Below are positions 38,892 to 48,651 of a stretch of DNA of 64,000 nt, one piece after another. Source of the DNA: Candidatus Sumerlaeaceae bacterium (GTDB lineage Bacteria > Sumerlaeota > Sumerlaeia > Sumerlaeales > Sumerlaeaceae); the NCBI GenBank assembly GCA_051003195.1, contig JBPCLP010000005.1, positions 1 to 64,000 of the forward strand, read 5' to 3'. Position 1 is the first letter of the stretch. Each line of letters opens with the position of its first letter. The notes below the pieces were generated by a model. It was not told the DNA's origin. It made no database searches and saw only the letters and a list, made by a program, of their open reading frames with translations. The translations under genes and the position numbers were made by a program.

Positions 38892-40202
38892 TTGAGTGAC
38901 CACCAGATTTTAGACGCCGTAACCCGCCGCGATTTCTTGAGAGCATCGATCGGCGCATCGGCCGCGGCTGCAGTACTGCCGGCAATTTCAGCCGAGCAAA
39001 CCACCCCCACGCAACCCATGGTCCATCCTGCCGGCGGCGAAACGTTGCGCATTGGCATCATCGGTTCTGGTGGCCGCGGCACTGGCGCCGCCATCGATGC
39101 GGTCGAGAGCTCACAAAATGTGGTCATCAGCGCCGTTGGCGACGTGTTCCAGGAACGCGTAGACTCTTCCAGCAAGGAGCTGCGCGAGAAGATTGGTGAC
39201 AAATTCAAGGCGACACCGGAGACATGCTTCAGCGGGTTTGACTGCTACCAGAAGGTACTCGCGTCAGATATCGACATGGTGATTCTCGCCGCTCCACCCG
39301 GCATGCGCCCTCTGCACCTGAAGGCAGCTGTGGAAGCCGGCAAACACATCTTTATGGAAAAGCCCGTTGCTGTCGATCCTGTTGGCGTGCGTTCCATCAT
39401 CGAATCGTCTGAGCTCGCGGCGCAAAAAGGTCTCGGCATTGTCGCCGGCACCCAGCGCCGCCACACACCCTCCTATATCGAAACCATAAAGCGGATCCAC
39501 GATGGTGCCATCGGCGAAGTCATGGGAGGTCAATGCTACTGGTGCCAGGAAGAGTTGTGGGTCAAGGAGCACAAGCCGGAATGGACCGATATGCAATGGC
39601 AGATGCGCAACTGGCTCTACTTTGACTGGCTGTCTGGCGACCACATTGTCGAGCAGCACGTGCACAACCTTGACGTCATCAACTGGGTGATGGGCGGCCC
39701 GCCGGTAAAAGCGCTTGGCATGGGCGGACGCGAGGTGCGCAAGGGAACCGAGTACGGCAACGTCTTCGACCACTTTGCTATCGAGTACGAGTACGCCAAC
39801 GGAGCGCGCGTACAGAGCTTCTGCCGCCAGACCAAGGGCGCGAGCTCCCGCGTCGCAGAGTACGTCTTTGGTACCAAAGGACGCAGCGATCCGAATGGCG
39901 TGATTAATGGCGCCAACGCGTACAAGTACGAAGGCAAGGAAGACGGACGCATCGGATACCTCAATGAACATGCCGATTTGATCAAAAGCATCAGGGACGG
40001 CAAACCGCTCAATGAAGGACGCCGCATCGCTGAGAGCACACTGACGGCAATCATGGGCCGGATGAGCGCCTACACGGGCCGCGAGCTCTCATGGAAGTGG
40101 GTCATGAATTCCTCGAAGCTCGACCTGACGCCGGCAAATTATGACATGGGAAGTGTCGTACTGAATCCGGTACCAGTGCCCGGGCAGACGCCGCTGGTCT
40201 AG
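38892..40202 (+). CDS. Tat-exported Gfo/Idh/MocA family oxidoreductase
   Basis: TRRDFL Tat motif, IGSGGRG, EKPVA, GTQRR, EQHVHNLD. TTG start after AAGGAG. Confidence 0.9.
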   Translation: MSDHQILDAVTRRDFLRASIGASAAAAVLPAISAEQTTPTQPMVHPAGGETLRIGIIGSGGRGTGAAIDAVESSQNVVISAVGDVFQERVDSSSKELREKIGDKFKATPETCFSGFDCYQKVLASDIDMVILAAPPGMRPLHLKAAVEAGKHIFMEKPVAVDPVGVRSIIESSELAAQKGLGIVAGTQRRHTPSYIETIKRIHDGAIGEVMGGQCYWCQEELWVKEHKPEWTDMQWQMRNWLYFDWLSGDHIVEQHVHNLDVINWVMGGPPVKALGMGGREVRKGTEYGNVFDHFAIEYEYANGARVQSFCRQTKGASSRVAEYVFGTKGRSDPNGVINGANAYKYEGKEDGRIGYLNEHADLIKSIRDGKPLNEGRRIAESTLTAIMGRMSAYTGRELSWKWVMNSSKLDLTPANYDMGSVVLNPVPVPGQTPLV

Positions 40203-40212
40203 CGCCTGGGCA

Positions 40213-41226
40213 CTAATCGTACAACTGCCATTCGTCCGCCGCCGCAGGCGCAGGCCCGGCGAGCGACCAGTTCGAGAATGACGTTTGCGCAGTAGTTGCC
40301 GTGATCGTTTTCGCCGTAGTATTAATCGTCCGCGGGATATCTATCCACGGACCATTGCCAACCTGCTTTACCAGCTTCAGGGTGGAGACCGTAAGCCCGT
40401 TTGCGCTCAACTCGGCATCCGTATATGGAAAGATCGGCTGGGCGGAGAATGTGCCACCCGTCGACGTGATTGTCCACCAGCGCCCCAGGGAAAGCCGCGC
40501 TTCGAGCCCCGGCGCAACACCCGCGTTTAGCAACACCGTGGAACTGGTATCCTGCGCCATGCTGTTCCACTTGATCCGACAGCCTGTGTTCGAGTAGTCG
40601 TAGATGCTGTTAACCGTGTTGCTTGTGATAAGATGACTGACCGGGTTGGGCTTCACCAGCAGCGTCAGGCGAATGTCGTCGTAATCCACGTAAGCCGTTC
40701 CCGCGTTATTCCAGGCCGTGGCGCCAAAGTACGGGCCCTGCCAGTAGGTGTAGTAATCGTTGGGAGTGGTGGTAAATGTGTTACTCTGCGTCAGCCACGT
40801 GTTCGTCGCTATAGGACTTCCTGGATTGGGCGGATAAGCGGTGTGGTCCAGGTAGAACCACTGGGACGCCGTATTGCCCGAAACCGCGGTTCCACCGTAG
40901 CCCTGTCCGAACACCGGGATTACATTGGCGTTCGAAGTGCGGTATTTAAAAGTCATGTTATAAGTGCACCCCGGCAGCAGCGTGTAGCTGCTTGGCTCCC
41001 AGGCCACCTGGTCTCCGTTGGAAGTCGAAGTAATACGCGCGTAGCTGTTTCCGTCAGCCGCATCCGAAGCACCAGTCACCACAGTGCGGGTTCCCAACGT
41101 TGTCCAGTAAGGTGACTGCGCCCAGCCCGTCGCTCCGGATTCAAAACTATGGTTGGTATAGATACTCGTCTGCGCCATGGCGCTCATACATGCTGCGCTG
41201 ACCACGAACGTTACTAACAATCTCAA
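40213..41226 (-). CDS. Secreted protein with a CBM4/9-like N-terminal domain, a second beta domain and a short C-terminal W-x-L-Y tail
   Basis: TTG 41226 with GGAG SD gives the signal peptide MRLLVTFVVSAACMSAMA; NHSFE...YVDYDDIRL beta-sandwich; ends PAAADEWQLYD. Confidence 0.75.
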   Translation of the reverse strand: MRLLVTFVVSAACMSAMAQTSIYTNHSFESGATGWAQSPYWTTLGTRTVVTGASDAADGNSYARITSTSNGDQVAWEPSSYTLLPGCTYNMTFKYRTSNANVIPVFGQGYGGTAVSGNTASQWFYLDHTAYPPNPGSPIATNTWLTQSNTFTTTPNDYYTYWQGPYFGATAWNNAGTAYVDYDDIRLTLLVKPNPVSHLITSNTVNSIYDYSNTGCRIKWNSMAQDTSSTVLLNAGVAPGLEARLSLGRWWTITSTGGTFSAQPIFPYTDAELSANGLTVSTLKLVKQVGNGPWIDIPRTINTTAKTITATTAQTSFSNWSLAGPAPAAADEWQLYD

Positions 41227-41370
41227 AATCGATCTCCCAAACCCTGTACGAATAGTGCCCCGTAAGGCAGCCACAGTATTCTTCGAAAGCACCGTTGATA
41301 GACAAGCTAAATCTGCAGTGGAACACGCTAAAAACTGCACTAAGTAGGACGGATCCCCAATGGAAATTAT

Positions 41371-41384
41371 CGAACACTTGTACT
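41371..41384. promoter_or_regulatory. Candidate LexA (SOS) box upstream of uvrA
   Basis: CGAACACTTGTACT = GAAC-N4-GTAC, ending 8 nt before the uvrA start. Confidence 0.55.
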
Positions 41385-41392
41385 AACCTGCT

Positions 41393-44293
41393 GTGTCCAC
41401 TGCCGCCATAGATACGATCGTGATTCGGGGTGCGTGTGAGCATAACCTCAAGAACGTCAGCCTGACCATCCCACGCGATAGTTTGACCGTGGTCACCGGG
41501 CTTAGCGGCAGCGGAAAATCGTCACTGGCCTTCGATACAATCTATGCAGAGGGCCAGCGCCGGTACATGGAATCGCTCAGCGCATACGCTCGGCAGTACC
41601 TCGACCAGATGCATAAGCCGAAGGTGGAATTCGTCGAAGGGCTTAGCCCATCCATCTCCATCGAGCAGAAGACCGTAAGCAAAAACCCGCGTTCCACCGT
41701 CGGCACAGTCACCGAAATTTACGATTACCTGCGCGTTTTGTACGCGAACGTCGGACGCCCCCATTGTCCTCAGTGCGGACGGCAGATCACGAAGCAGACC
41801 GTTGCGCAAATCGTGGACTCCATTCTGGGGTGGCCCACGGGCACGAAGATACTTGTGATGGCCCCCATCGTGCGCGGCCGCAAGGGCGAGTACCGGCAGG
41901 AATTCGACGATGCCCGCCGCCAGGGGTATGTGCGCGCCCGTGTGGACGGTGAGATCATCGAACTCGAAAACGCTCCCAAACTCAAGAAAAGCTTTAAGCA
42001 CGAGATTTCAATTGTGATCGATCGGATGATCGTTCGGCAAGACGCGCGAGGGCGTCTGCTGGACTCGCTCACAACAGCTCTCGGTAAGGCCGACGGCCTG
42101 GCGGAAGTGCAGACCGTCGACGACAACAAGGTGCACCTGTTCAGCGAACACTTTGCGTGCCCCGAATGCGGTACCCAGGTCGAAGAAATAACTCCCCGCC
42201 TGTTCTCCTTCAATTCGCCTTACGGCGCATGCCCGAAGTGCAAAGGCATTGGCACATTGATGGAAGTGGACGGGGATTTAGTGGTGCCAGATCGCACTCT
42301 TAGTGTAAAAGACGGGGCGCTTGCCCCCTGGGCTGATGCGATCCATGAATCCGGCGGCAAGGCGCGCAACCCCTGGCAAAGCCAGATCGTTCACGCGCTG
42401 GCAAAGCACTTCAAAATTGATTTGGAGAAACCGTTCGCCAAACTGACTGCGGAGCACCAGAAGATCCTGCTCCACGGCAGCCGCGAAAAGTTCGAAGTTA
42501 TCCAGGTCTCCGCCCGTGGCAACAAAACAAAGAGCATGATGACGTGGGAAGGGATGGTCCCGCGTGTGTTGCGCCGTTACACCGAGGACGAGGCCATGGA
42601 ACTGGAGCGCTTCTTTCGCGACATGCCCTGCCCCGACTGCGCCGGGCTGCGTCTGCGTCCTGCTTCGCTTGCGGTGAAGATTGGCGGCCTGAACATCGGC
42701 GAGTTCTGCGGCTTTGCGGTGGATGCCGCATTGCGCTTTTTAAGTGAACTGCAGCTCAGCAAACGCGAACTCGCCATTGGCGGCCAGATCCTTAAGGAAA
42801 TCCGCGAGCGGCTGGAGTTCCTGTGCAAAGTAGGACTTCACTACATAACGCTGGACCGCAAAAGCGCGACCATCAGCGGCGGCGAAGGACAACGCATCCG
42901 CCTTGCGACGCAAATTGGGTCCCTGCTTACCGGCGTGCTGTACGTGCTGGACGAGCCCAGTATCGGGCTGCATCAGCGCGACAATGAAAAGCTCATCGAC
43001 GCATTGAAGCACCTGCGCGATCTCGGTAACACCGTCATCGTTGTAGAGCACGACGAGCACACGATCCGGTCCGCGGATTACGTCGTCGATCTTGGCCCCG
43101 GTGCGGGTGCGCACGGCGGCCATATAGTTTCCTATGGCAGCCCGGCGCATATTATCAATTGCCCGCAAAGCATCACCGGGCGATTTTTGCGCGGTGATGA
43201 AAAGATCGCGGTGCCGGCCGAACGCCGCAAGCCTGACGCTAAGCGTCAGCTCGTCGTACGCGGCGCATGCGAGCACAACCTCAAGAACCTCGATGCCGCA
43301 TTTCCGCTCGGGCTGTTCATCTGCGTTACGGGTGTCAGCGGTAGCGGCAAATCGACCCTCGTGAACGACATCCTCTATAATTCTTTGTCTCAGTTCGTCT
43401 ACGATGCAGGAACGCGTCCCGGTGCGCACACCAGGATCGATGGCCTGGATCTGATCGACAAAGTCGTCGACGTTGATCAGTCTCCCATCGGCCGTACACC
43501 CCGCTCCAATCCCGCCACCTACACAGGTGTCTTCACTGCCATCCGCGATCTATTTGCGCAACTGCCTGAGGCGCAGATTCGCGGATACGGTCCCGGTCGC
43601 TTCAGCTTCAACGTGAAGGGTGGTCGCTGCGAAGAGTGCACCGGTGACGGCATGTGCAAAATTGAGATGCACTTCCTGCCGGATGTGTACGTTGAGTGCC
43701 AGGTATGCCGCGGCAGGCGTTTTAACCGCGAAACGCTCGAAGTCACGTTTAAGGGGAAGTCCATTGCCGACGTGCTGGAGATGACCATCGACGAGGCTTG
43801 TGAGTTCTTCAGCGCGCAGCCGTCGATCTGTCACAAGATGCGCACCCTGAGAGATGTTGGTCTTGGATATCTGACATTAGGACAAAGCGCTACCACGCTG
43901 AGCGGCGGTGAGGCGCAGCGCGTAAAACTGGCGAAAGAGCTCAGCAAACGCGCAACCGGCCGTACGGTTTACATTCTGGACGAACCCACCACCGGTCTCC
44001 ACTTCGAGGATATTCGCAAACTGCTTGGGGTACTGCAGGCCCTCGTCTCCACCGGCAACACAGTCATTGTCATCGAACACAACCTCGACGTGATTAAAAC
44101 CGCCGACTACATTATGGACCTCGGGCCCGAGGGCGGAGAAACTGGAGGTTATATTGTAGCCACCGGTACACCCGAGCAGGTCGCCACCAATGAACGTTCG
44201 GTGACGGGTCTGTTTATCAAGCATGCGCTGCTGGCGAGTGGGGTATCACCTCCCACCAATATAACTGTACGCAAAACGCGCAATATTGCATAA
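41393..44293 (+). CDS. uvrA: Excinuclease ABC subunit A
   Basis: [28 protein letters not shown], zinc fingers, [27 protein letters not shown]. Confidence 0.98.
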   Translation: MSTAAIDTIVIRGACEHNLKNVSLTIPRDSLTVVTGLSGSGKSSLAFDTIYAEGQRRYMESLSAYARQYLDQMHKPKVEFVEGLSPSISIEQKTVSKNPRSTVGTVTEIYDYLRVLYANVGRPHCPQCGRQITKQTVAQIVDSILGWPTGTKILVMAPIVRGRKGEYRQEFDDARRQGYVRARVDGEIIELENAPKLKKSFKHEISIVIDRMIVRQDARGRLLDSLTTALGKADGLAEVQTVDDNKVHLFSEHFACPECGTQVEEITPRLFSFNSPYGACPKCKGIGTLMEVDGDLVVPDRTLSVKDGALAPWADAIHESGGKARNPWQSQIVHALAKHFKIDLEKPFAKLTAEHQKILLHGSREKFEVIQVSARGNKTKSMMTWEGMVPRVLRRYTEDEAMELERFFRDMPCPDCAGLRLRPASLAVKIGGLNIGEFCGFAVDAALRFLSELQLSKRELAIGGQILKEIRERLEFLCKVGLHYITLDRKSATISGGEGQRIRLATQIGSLLTGVLYVLDEPSIGLHQRDNEKLIDALKHLRDLGNTVIVVEHDEHTIRSADYVVDLGPGAGAHGGHIVSYGSPAHIINCPQSITGRFLRGDEKIAVPAERRKPDAKRQLVVRGACEHNLKNLDAAFPLGLFICVTGVSGSGKSTLVNDILYNSLSQFVYDAGTRPGAHTRIDGLDLIDKVVDVDQSPIGRTPRSNPATYTGVFTAIRDLFAQLPEAQIRGYGPGRFSFNVKGGRCEECTGDGMCKIEMHFLPDVYVECQVCRGRRFNRETLEVTFKGKSIADVLEMTIDEACEFFSAQPSICHKMRTLRDVGLGYLTLGQSATTLSGGEAQRVKLAKELSKRATGRTVYILDEPTTGLHFEDIRKLLGVLQALVSTGNTVIVIEHNLDVIKTADYIMDLGPEGGETGGYIVATGTPEQVATNERSVTGLFIKHALLASGVSPPTNITVRKTRNIA

Positions 44294-44337
44294 TGTCCGC
44301 TGCACGAAAAACCCGTTTCGGTCAGCGGCAAACAGTT

Positions 44338-44565
44338 TTAAGCAGCGCGTTTACGTCGGCCTGGTAACAATGGAGCAGATGCTTTGATCTTCCTCACTGC
44401 ATCTGGAGTGAACAGCCGCTCACCGCAGGAACTGCACTCGTGAAACTCCAGATCCTGAACCAAAAACGAAGTGCCGTGGTACTCACGCGTCAGGTTCTTA
44501 CGTTTGCGGTGCATGGACTGCTTGCCGCATGATGGACATTCAATGACCGCTGGGAGTTTAAGCAT
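44338..44565 (-). CDS. YgiT-type zinc-finger protein (MqsA N-terminal-like)
   Basis: CPSCG...CSSCGE.LF pattern, 75 aa, GGAGG SD. Confidence 0.8.
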   Translation of the reverse strand: MLKLPAVIECPSCGKQSMHRKRKNLTREYHGTSFLVQDLEFHECSSCGERLFTPDAVRKIKASAPLLPGRRKRAA

Positions 44566-44579
44566 TTTCCCTCCGAACG

Positions 44580-44825
44580 CTAAGCAGCCCGATCCTTAGC
44601 CTCATTCCGAATCAGGATGATTGGATTTAAATTTTCTGGCGGGAAAGCGAGTCCGCGATCCCGAAGAAGCGCGACGTGCTCTTCCATTCCATGTCGCCCC
44701 TTATATATGCAATCCTCAATGGAATGACCAATTCCCGAAAAACCTTCAAGCTCATCAGAAAAAAACCCAAAGTAATTCGGTTCGTCCGTCGCTTCGATGA
44801 TAAGCGAATATGGAAGCTTAATCAT
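44580..44825 (-). CDS. hicB: HicB-like antitoxin (short form, no DNA-binding domain)
   Basis: YSLIIE...FGFFSDELEGFSGIGHSIEDC...EHVALLRDRGLAFP fits the HicB fold pattern. Confidence 0.8.
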   Translation of the reverse strand: MIKLPYSLIIEATDEPNYFGFFSDELEGFSGIGHSIEDCIYKGRHGMEEHVALLRDRGLAFPPENLNPIILIRNEAKDRAA

Positions 44826-44837
44826 TCTGCCTGCCTT

Positions 44838-44901
44838 TCACTTCAAGCCTGCCGACTTCAAGATCGCTCCACACGTGCCGCACGAGTTCGCTGAATTTCA
44901 T
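44838..44901 (-). pseudogene. hicA: hicA toxin remnant (large internal deletion)
   Basis: ATG 44901 gives MKFSELVR, joined out of frame to GTCGAILKSAGLK* (stop 44838-44840). These resemble the two ends of a HicA protein, directly upstream of hicB. Confidence 0.7.
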
Positions 44902-44926
44902 TTTGTGTGCAATGCCATAAATTGAC

Positions 44927-46555
44927 TCACCTGCACGTAACCAGCAGCAAAGTCGCCGCCGGCAAGACCACCTTCACCCGCCGGTCCGGCAGCGCGGGCA
45001 ACTCCAGTGGCTTCCACGCGACCTCATTCTTCGGTCCGCCCGGCGTGTGCGGCGCGACATTCGCAGAGAACAGCGTAGTCTTTCCCGACTTCGCGCAGAG
45101 TAGTTGTGCGCTCGCCGTCGTGGTCCCCTCCGGCAATTCAATCGTTAGTGCACGATCCACTTCATTACTGAAATTCATTGCCCACACTGCAACTTCACTC
45201 GTCTTGCTGTCACGCGTCACGTAGCCCCGCAGCCCGGGCTCGCGCACCGTCTTCATAAGCTCGTCCCCCATGTGATTGCGCATCGCGTTCCACGCGAGCG
45301 TCACCGGGTAGCTGGTCCCATCGGTGTTGTTCGCGATCCAGATCCAGTAATGCGCCGCGCTGAGGCCCAGCCGCGCAAACGAGAAAACCGTTTCCACGCT
45401 TCCAAGCATGTGGGCCATCTGGCCTTCGGTTTCGGTTTCGTTATACGACCAGTAGCTGACGAACCACTCCGTTGCGGCGTACTCCATTTTGCTGGCGTCT
45501 CGCCCGCTCGATGTAACCGTATCCTGCTCCAGCTTGAACTCGCGCTTGTGGTAGAAGTATACGTTTTCCAGGTACGTTTCGATATCGGCTGCAGATTTCT
45601 TTTTATCGCCCATGCGCTGATAGGGATGATAAGCGATAAAATCCACCGGCACAGAGTGATCACCCAGAATCAGTGCCAGGTGCTTACCCTCCCGCCGTTC
45701 CTGTGCGTTTACAATACAAGGCCCGACCTTGATCGTTGGGTCGGCCGCCTTCATCGCCAGCGCGATCGCCTTGTACTTTTCGTAGAAGTCATAAGGACTC
45801 GTGCGATAGCCGTTAAGCACGTTGATGCTGCCGCTTGTGGAGACGCTCGGTTCATTGCCAATTTCCCAGTATCGGACTTTCGGAGTTGTAGTTTCGCCGG
45901 CACGCAATAACGTGGTGAACTGGTCTCCGGGAACATGTGAGCTCCAGATCAGCCGGTCCATGATGCGGCGGTCCTCGGCATCTTCGATAACGTCGCCTTC
46001 GCGATACGTCTGCACGATACGATTGCAGTAGCGAACCCAGTCCGCCGCAAGGTTCGCAAGTGTCTCCGTGTCCGACGTATAGTAGATTCCCTTTCCCTGT
46101 TCGTTCTTCCGGTCGATGAGCCCGCGTGCATTCGCCGTGATATAGAGCTCGGCATTGTGATCACGCGCCCAGCGCAGAAACTCGAGCGTCGGCGGGCGTG
46201 CTTCATGGTTTCGTGTGCGCCAGTCGAAAAGATCCGCAAACAATCCGCCGGCCACACCACGTAAGGAGCTGTTGTCGGAGAGATTTACGCAGTCGCGAAT
46301 CGCGACAGAGAACGCTGCACGCGAGATCGGCTCGTCGTTGAGCGCAAGGCCGCGCACGCCGGGATTAAATTTTGTGCCCGCATTAGAGATGTCGAAGTCG
46401 ATGGTAACGGGCGCCGAAGTGACACGAATGGTAGCGGTGGTCTGTTCCTCATTCTCAGGATCGAGGTCGAATCGCACAGTATCCGCTGCGCGCAGGCAGC
46501 CCGTCAGCGAAACAAGCAGCGCCATTGCAATGACGTGCCGAAGATCAGTCCACAC
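44927..46555 (-). CDS. Putative lipoprotein glycoside hydrolase, clan GH-A (GH44/GH51/GH79-like)
   Basis: Possible lipobox LTGC, YWEIGNEP acid/base motif, AMKAADPTIKVG, AYHPY, ATEW nucleophile, C-terminal beta-sandwich. Start uncertain (46555 or 46525). Confidence 0.75.
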   Translation of the reverse strand: MWTDLRHVIAMALLVSLTGCLRAADTVRFDLDPENEEQTTATIRVTSAPVTIDFDISNAGTKFNPGVRGLALNDEPISRAAFSVAIRDCVNLSDNSSLRGVAGGLFADLFDWRTRNHEARPPTLEFLRWARDHNAELYITANARGLIDRKNEQGKGIYYTSDTETLANLAADWVRYCNRIVQTYREGDVIEDAEDRRIMDRLIWSSHVPGDQFTTLLRAGETTTPKVRYWEIGNEPSVSTSGSINVLNGYRTSPYDFYEKYKAIALAMKAADPTIKVGPCIVNAQERREGKHLALILGDHSVPVDFIAYHPYQRMGDKKKSAADIETYLENVYFYHKREFKLEQDTVTSSGRDASKMEYAATEWFVSYWSYNETETEGQMAHMLGSVETVFSFARLGLSAAHYWIWIANNTDGTSYPVTLAWNAMRNHMGDELMKTVREPGLRGYVTRDSKTSEVAVWAMNFSNEVDRALTIELPEGTTTASAQLLCAKSGKTTLFSANVAPHTPGGPKNEVAWKPLELPALPDRRVKVVLPAATLLLVTCR

Positions 46556-48128
46556 GGTAATGTCCACCCCTGCTCGTCCGGTTCTCAAGCGCCGCAAAAA
46601 GCACTGCCAGCGCTGCCTGGCAGCCATTGCGCAACCCAATCACTTCATCGCTAAGTCGTGCGCGTTCGTAGAAGTATTCGATCTCGGTCTGCAATTCACG
46701 CAATATGGCGCGCGCGCGCTTCATTCGCCGGGTTGTACGCACCAGCCCGACATAATTCCACATCGTGTACTTGATCGTCAGCCAGTCCTGCAGAATCAGC
46801 GCCGGGTCTGCGGGTTCGTTCTCGTACCGCCACTCACTTATTTCCGGGAAGTAGTAGCCGTCACTTGTCTGGTTCGCACATTCCTGTGCAACCGACTTTG
46901 CGGCTTCGACGCCCCACACCAGCCCTTCGAGCAAGCTCGTGCTCGCCAGCCGGTTCGCTCCATGGACACCCGTGCAGGCCACCTCTCCGGCGGCGCGCAA
47001 CCGCTGAATGGAAGTTCGCCCCTGCAAATCCACGGCTATTCCGCCACAGGCATAATGCGCCGCTGGCACTACGGGAATGGGTTGCTGCGTCATGTCGATT
47101 CCGATCGCCATGCACTTCTCATAAATATTTGGAAAACGCCGCTTAACCCACTCCGGCTCCTTCATGGTGATGTCCAGGAACACGCACGGCTCATCGTGCT
47201 CCAGCATCTCCGTTTGGATGGCACGCGCCACAACGTCGCGTGGCGCAAGCGAGGCGAGGGGGTGGTATCGTTCCATGAAGGATTCACCGGTACGCCGGAT
47301 AAGCACACCGCCTTCACCGCGCACCGCTTCGCTGATCAGGAAGCTGGCCTTGTTTGATTGCGCCGGGCTCAATCCGTCCTGGTATAAAGCCGTTGGGTGA
47401 AACTGGATATACTCCATATTAAGCAGGCGGGCGCCTGCGCGATAAGCCATGGCAACACCGTCACCGCGGGCACTGCGAGGATTTGTACTGTGCAGGTAAA
47501 GCTGTCCAAGTCCGCCCGTTGCCAGCAACGTTTCCCCCGCAAGCACCGGCTCCACCTTTCCATTCTCCTGGAAAAACGCGTACACACCCACGCAGCTCGG
47601 GGGCGCGTAAACATCCGACGGCCGCTTCGAGTGGTGCGAGAGCGTCAATAGATCGAGCGCAATGGCACCCGTCACAAATTTGATATTCGGATACTTCGCA
47701 ATTGCTTCAACCAGGCGATCTTCTACCGCGCGCCCGGTCAGATCAGCGACGTGAATGATTCGCCGCACCGAGTGCGCCGCTTCTTCTGTAATGTCCAACA
47801 AGTGGTCAGGCTTCCGATCGAATGGAACACCCACTTTGTTGATCAGGTATTCCTCTACGTAAGCCGGCCCAAGCTGCGCAAGCTGCTGAATCGCAGCTTC
47901 GTTGCCGAATTCTGCGCCTGCGCGGAAGATATCCTGTGCAAGCAGTTCCGGGCTGTCTCCCTCGCCTTTATAAATGATCCCGCCCTGCGCCCACTCCGTG
48001 GCGGTGGAGCGGCGTGGATCCATGCTCTTGGTCAGTATGGTAACTTCAAGCCCGGCCTCGCCTGCCGCAAGCGCAGCCGAGCAACCCGCAATGCCGGAGC
48101 CAATGATGAGGAGGTCCGTTTTGATCAC
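46545..48128 (-). CDS. nadB: L-aspartate oxidase
   Basis: IIGSGIAG, AQGGI, EAAHSVRRIIH, ATGGLG, QFHPT, SEAVRGEG, HYACGG, HGANRLASTSLLEG, SRGGHYR. Confidence 0.95.
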   Translation of the reverse strand: MIKTDLLIIGSGIAGCSAALAAGEAGLEVTILTKSMDPRRSTATEWAQGGIIYKGEGDSPELLAQDIFRAGAEFGNEAAIQQLAQLGPAYVEEYLINKVGVPFDRKPDHLLDITEEAAHSVRRIIHVADLTGRAVEDRLVEAIAKYPNIKFVTGAIALDLLTLSHHSKRPSDVYAPPSCVGVYAFFQENGKVEPVLAGETLLATGGLGQLYLHSTNPRSARGDGVAMAYRAGARLLNMEYIQFHPTALYQDGLSPAQSNKASFLISEAVRGEGGVLIRRTGESFMERYHPLASLAPRDVVARAIQTEMLEHDEPCVFLDITMKEPEWVKRRFPNIYEKCMAIGIDMTQQPIPVVPAAHYACGGIAVDLQGRTSIQRLRAAGEVACTGVHGANRLASTSLLEGLVWGVEAAKSVAQECANQTSDGYYFPEISEWRYENEPADPALILQDWLTIKYTMWNYVGLVRTTRRMKRARAILRELQTEIEYFYERARLSDEVIGLRNGCQAALAVLFAALENRTSRGGHYRVD

Positions 48129-48320
48129 GGTTTACAGCACAATGCGAGCGGGGGGGTATGCAATGCAGAAAACGGCATTTCCTGCAACGTCGCAAGTCTC
48201 CGCTACTTATACGATACGGGTAATTCTCTGCTGAGCGTTCCAGCCATTCTTGAGTTCGGCTGCAAGCAATACCAGTTTCGCAGCAGGCTCCCGCAGAACA
48301 AGAAAAAACCAAAAACTAAT

Positions 48321-48507
48321 AACCACGGATTACACAGATTACACGGATTGGGGGTTATCCGTGTTTTCCGTGTCATCCGTGGTTTGAATATTGTTCTGAA
48401 GGGCTTCAGTGCAGTCCGATTCGTGTGAATTCGTTAGATCGTGGATTACAAAATATCGTACCTTGCTCTCTCTGTGAATGTCTCTGTGTCTCTGTGCCTC
48501 TGTGGTT
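48321..48507. repeat. Cluster of short periodic repeats forming an inverted pair (REP/MITE-like)
   Basis: Left arm aaccacggattacacagattacacggat (48321-48348) is near-complementary to atccgtgttttccgtgtcatccgtggtt (48357-48384); further ctctgtg units run to 48507. Confidence 0.75.
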
Positions 48508-48651
48508 AGATCGACAAAGCGGAGAAGGGTATCCGCGGGGGCACCATGCTCATCGATAACGATACGCTTGAAGTCGTCATGGCCATGTTCGCATGCACAA
48601 AGACGTACCTTTCGGCAGCGTTAAAGCTTCAGGGAGAACACAACCCGGGTA

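Noticed and set aside
44297..44328. Hairpin after uvrA as a terminator
   Set aside because: Imperfect stem without an adjacent U-tract; plausible but not well supported.
46215..47357. 380-aa plus-strand ORF
   Set aside because: Antisense to nadB and the glycoside hydrolase gene; no protein-family signal.
48321..48507. Possible CRISPR array
   Set aside because: Units are 7-9 nt and inverted, there are no unique spacers, and no cas genes lie in the window.
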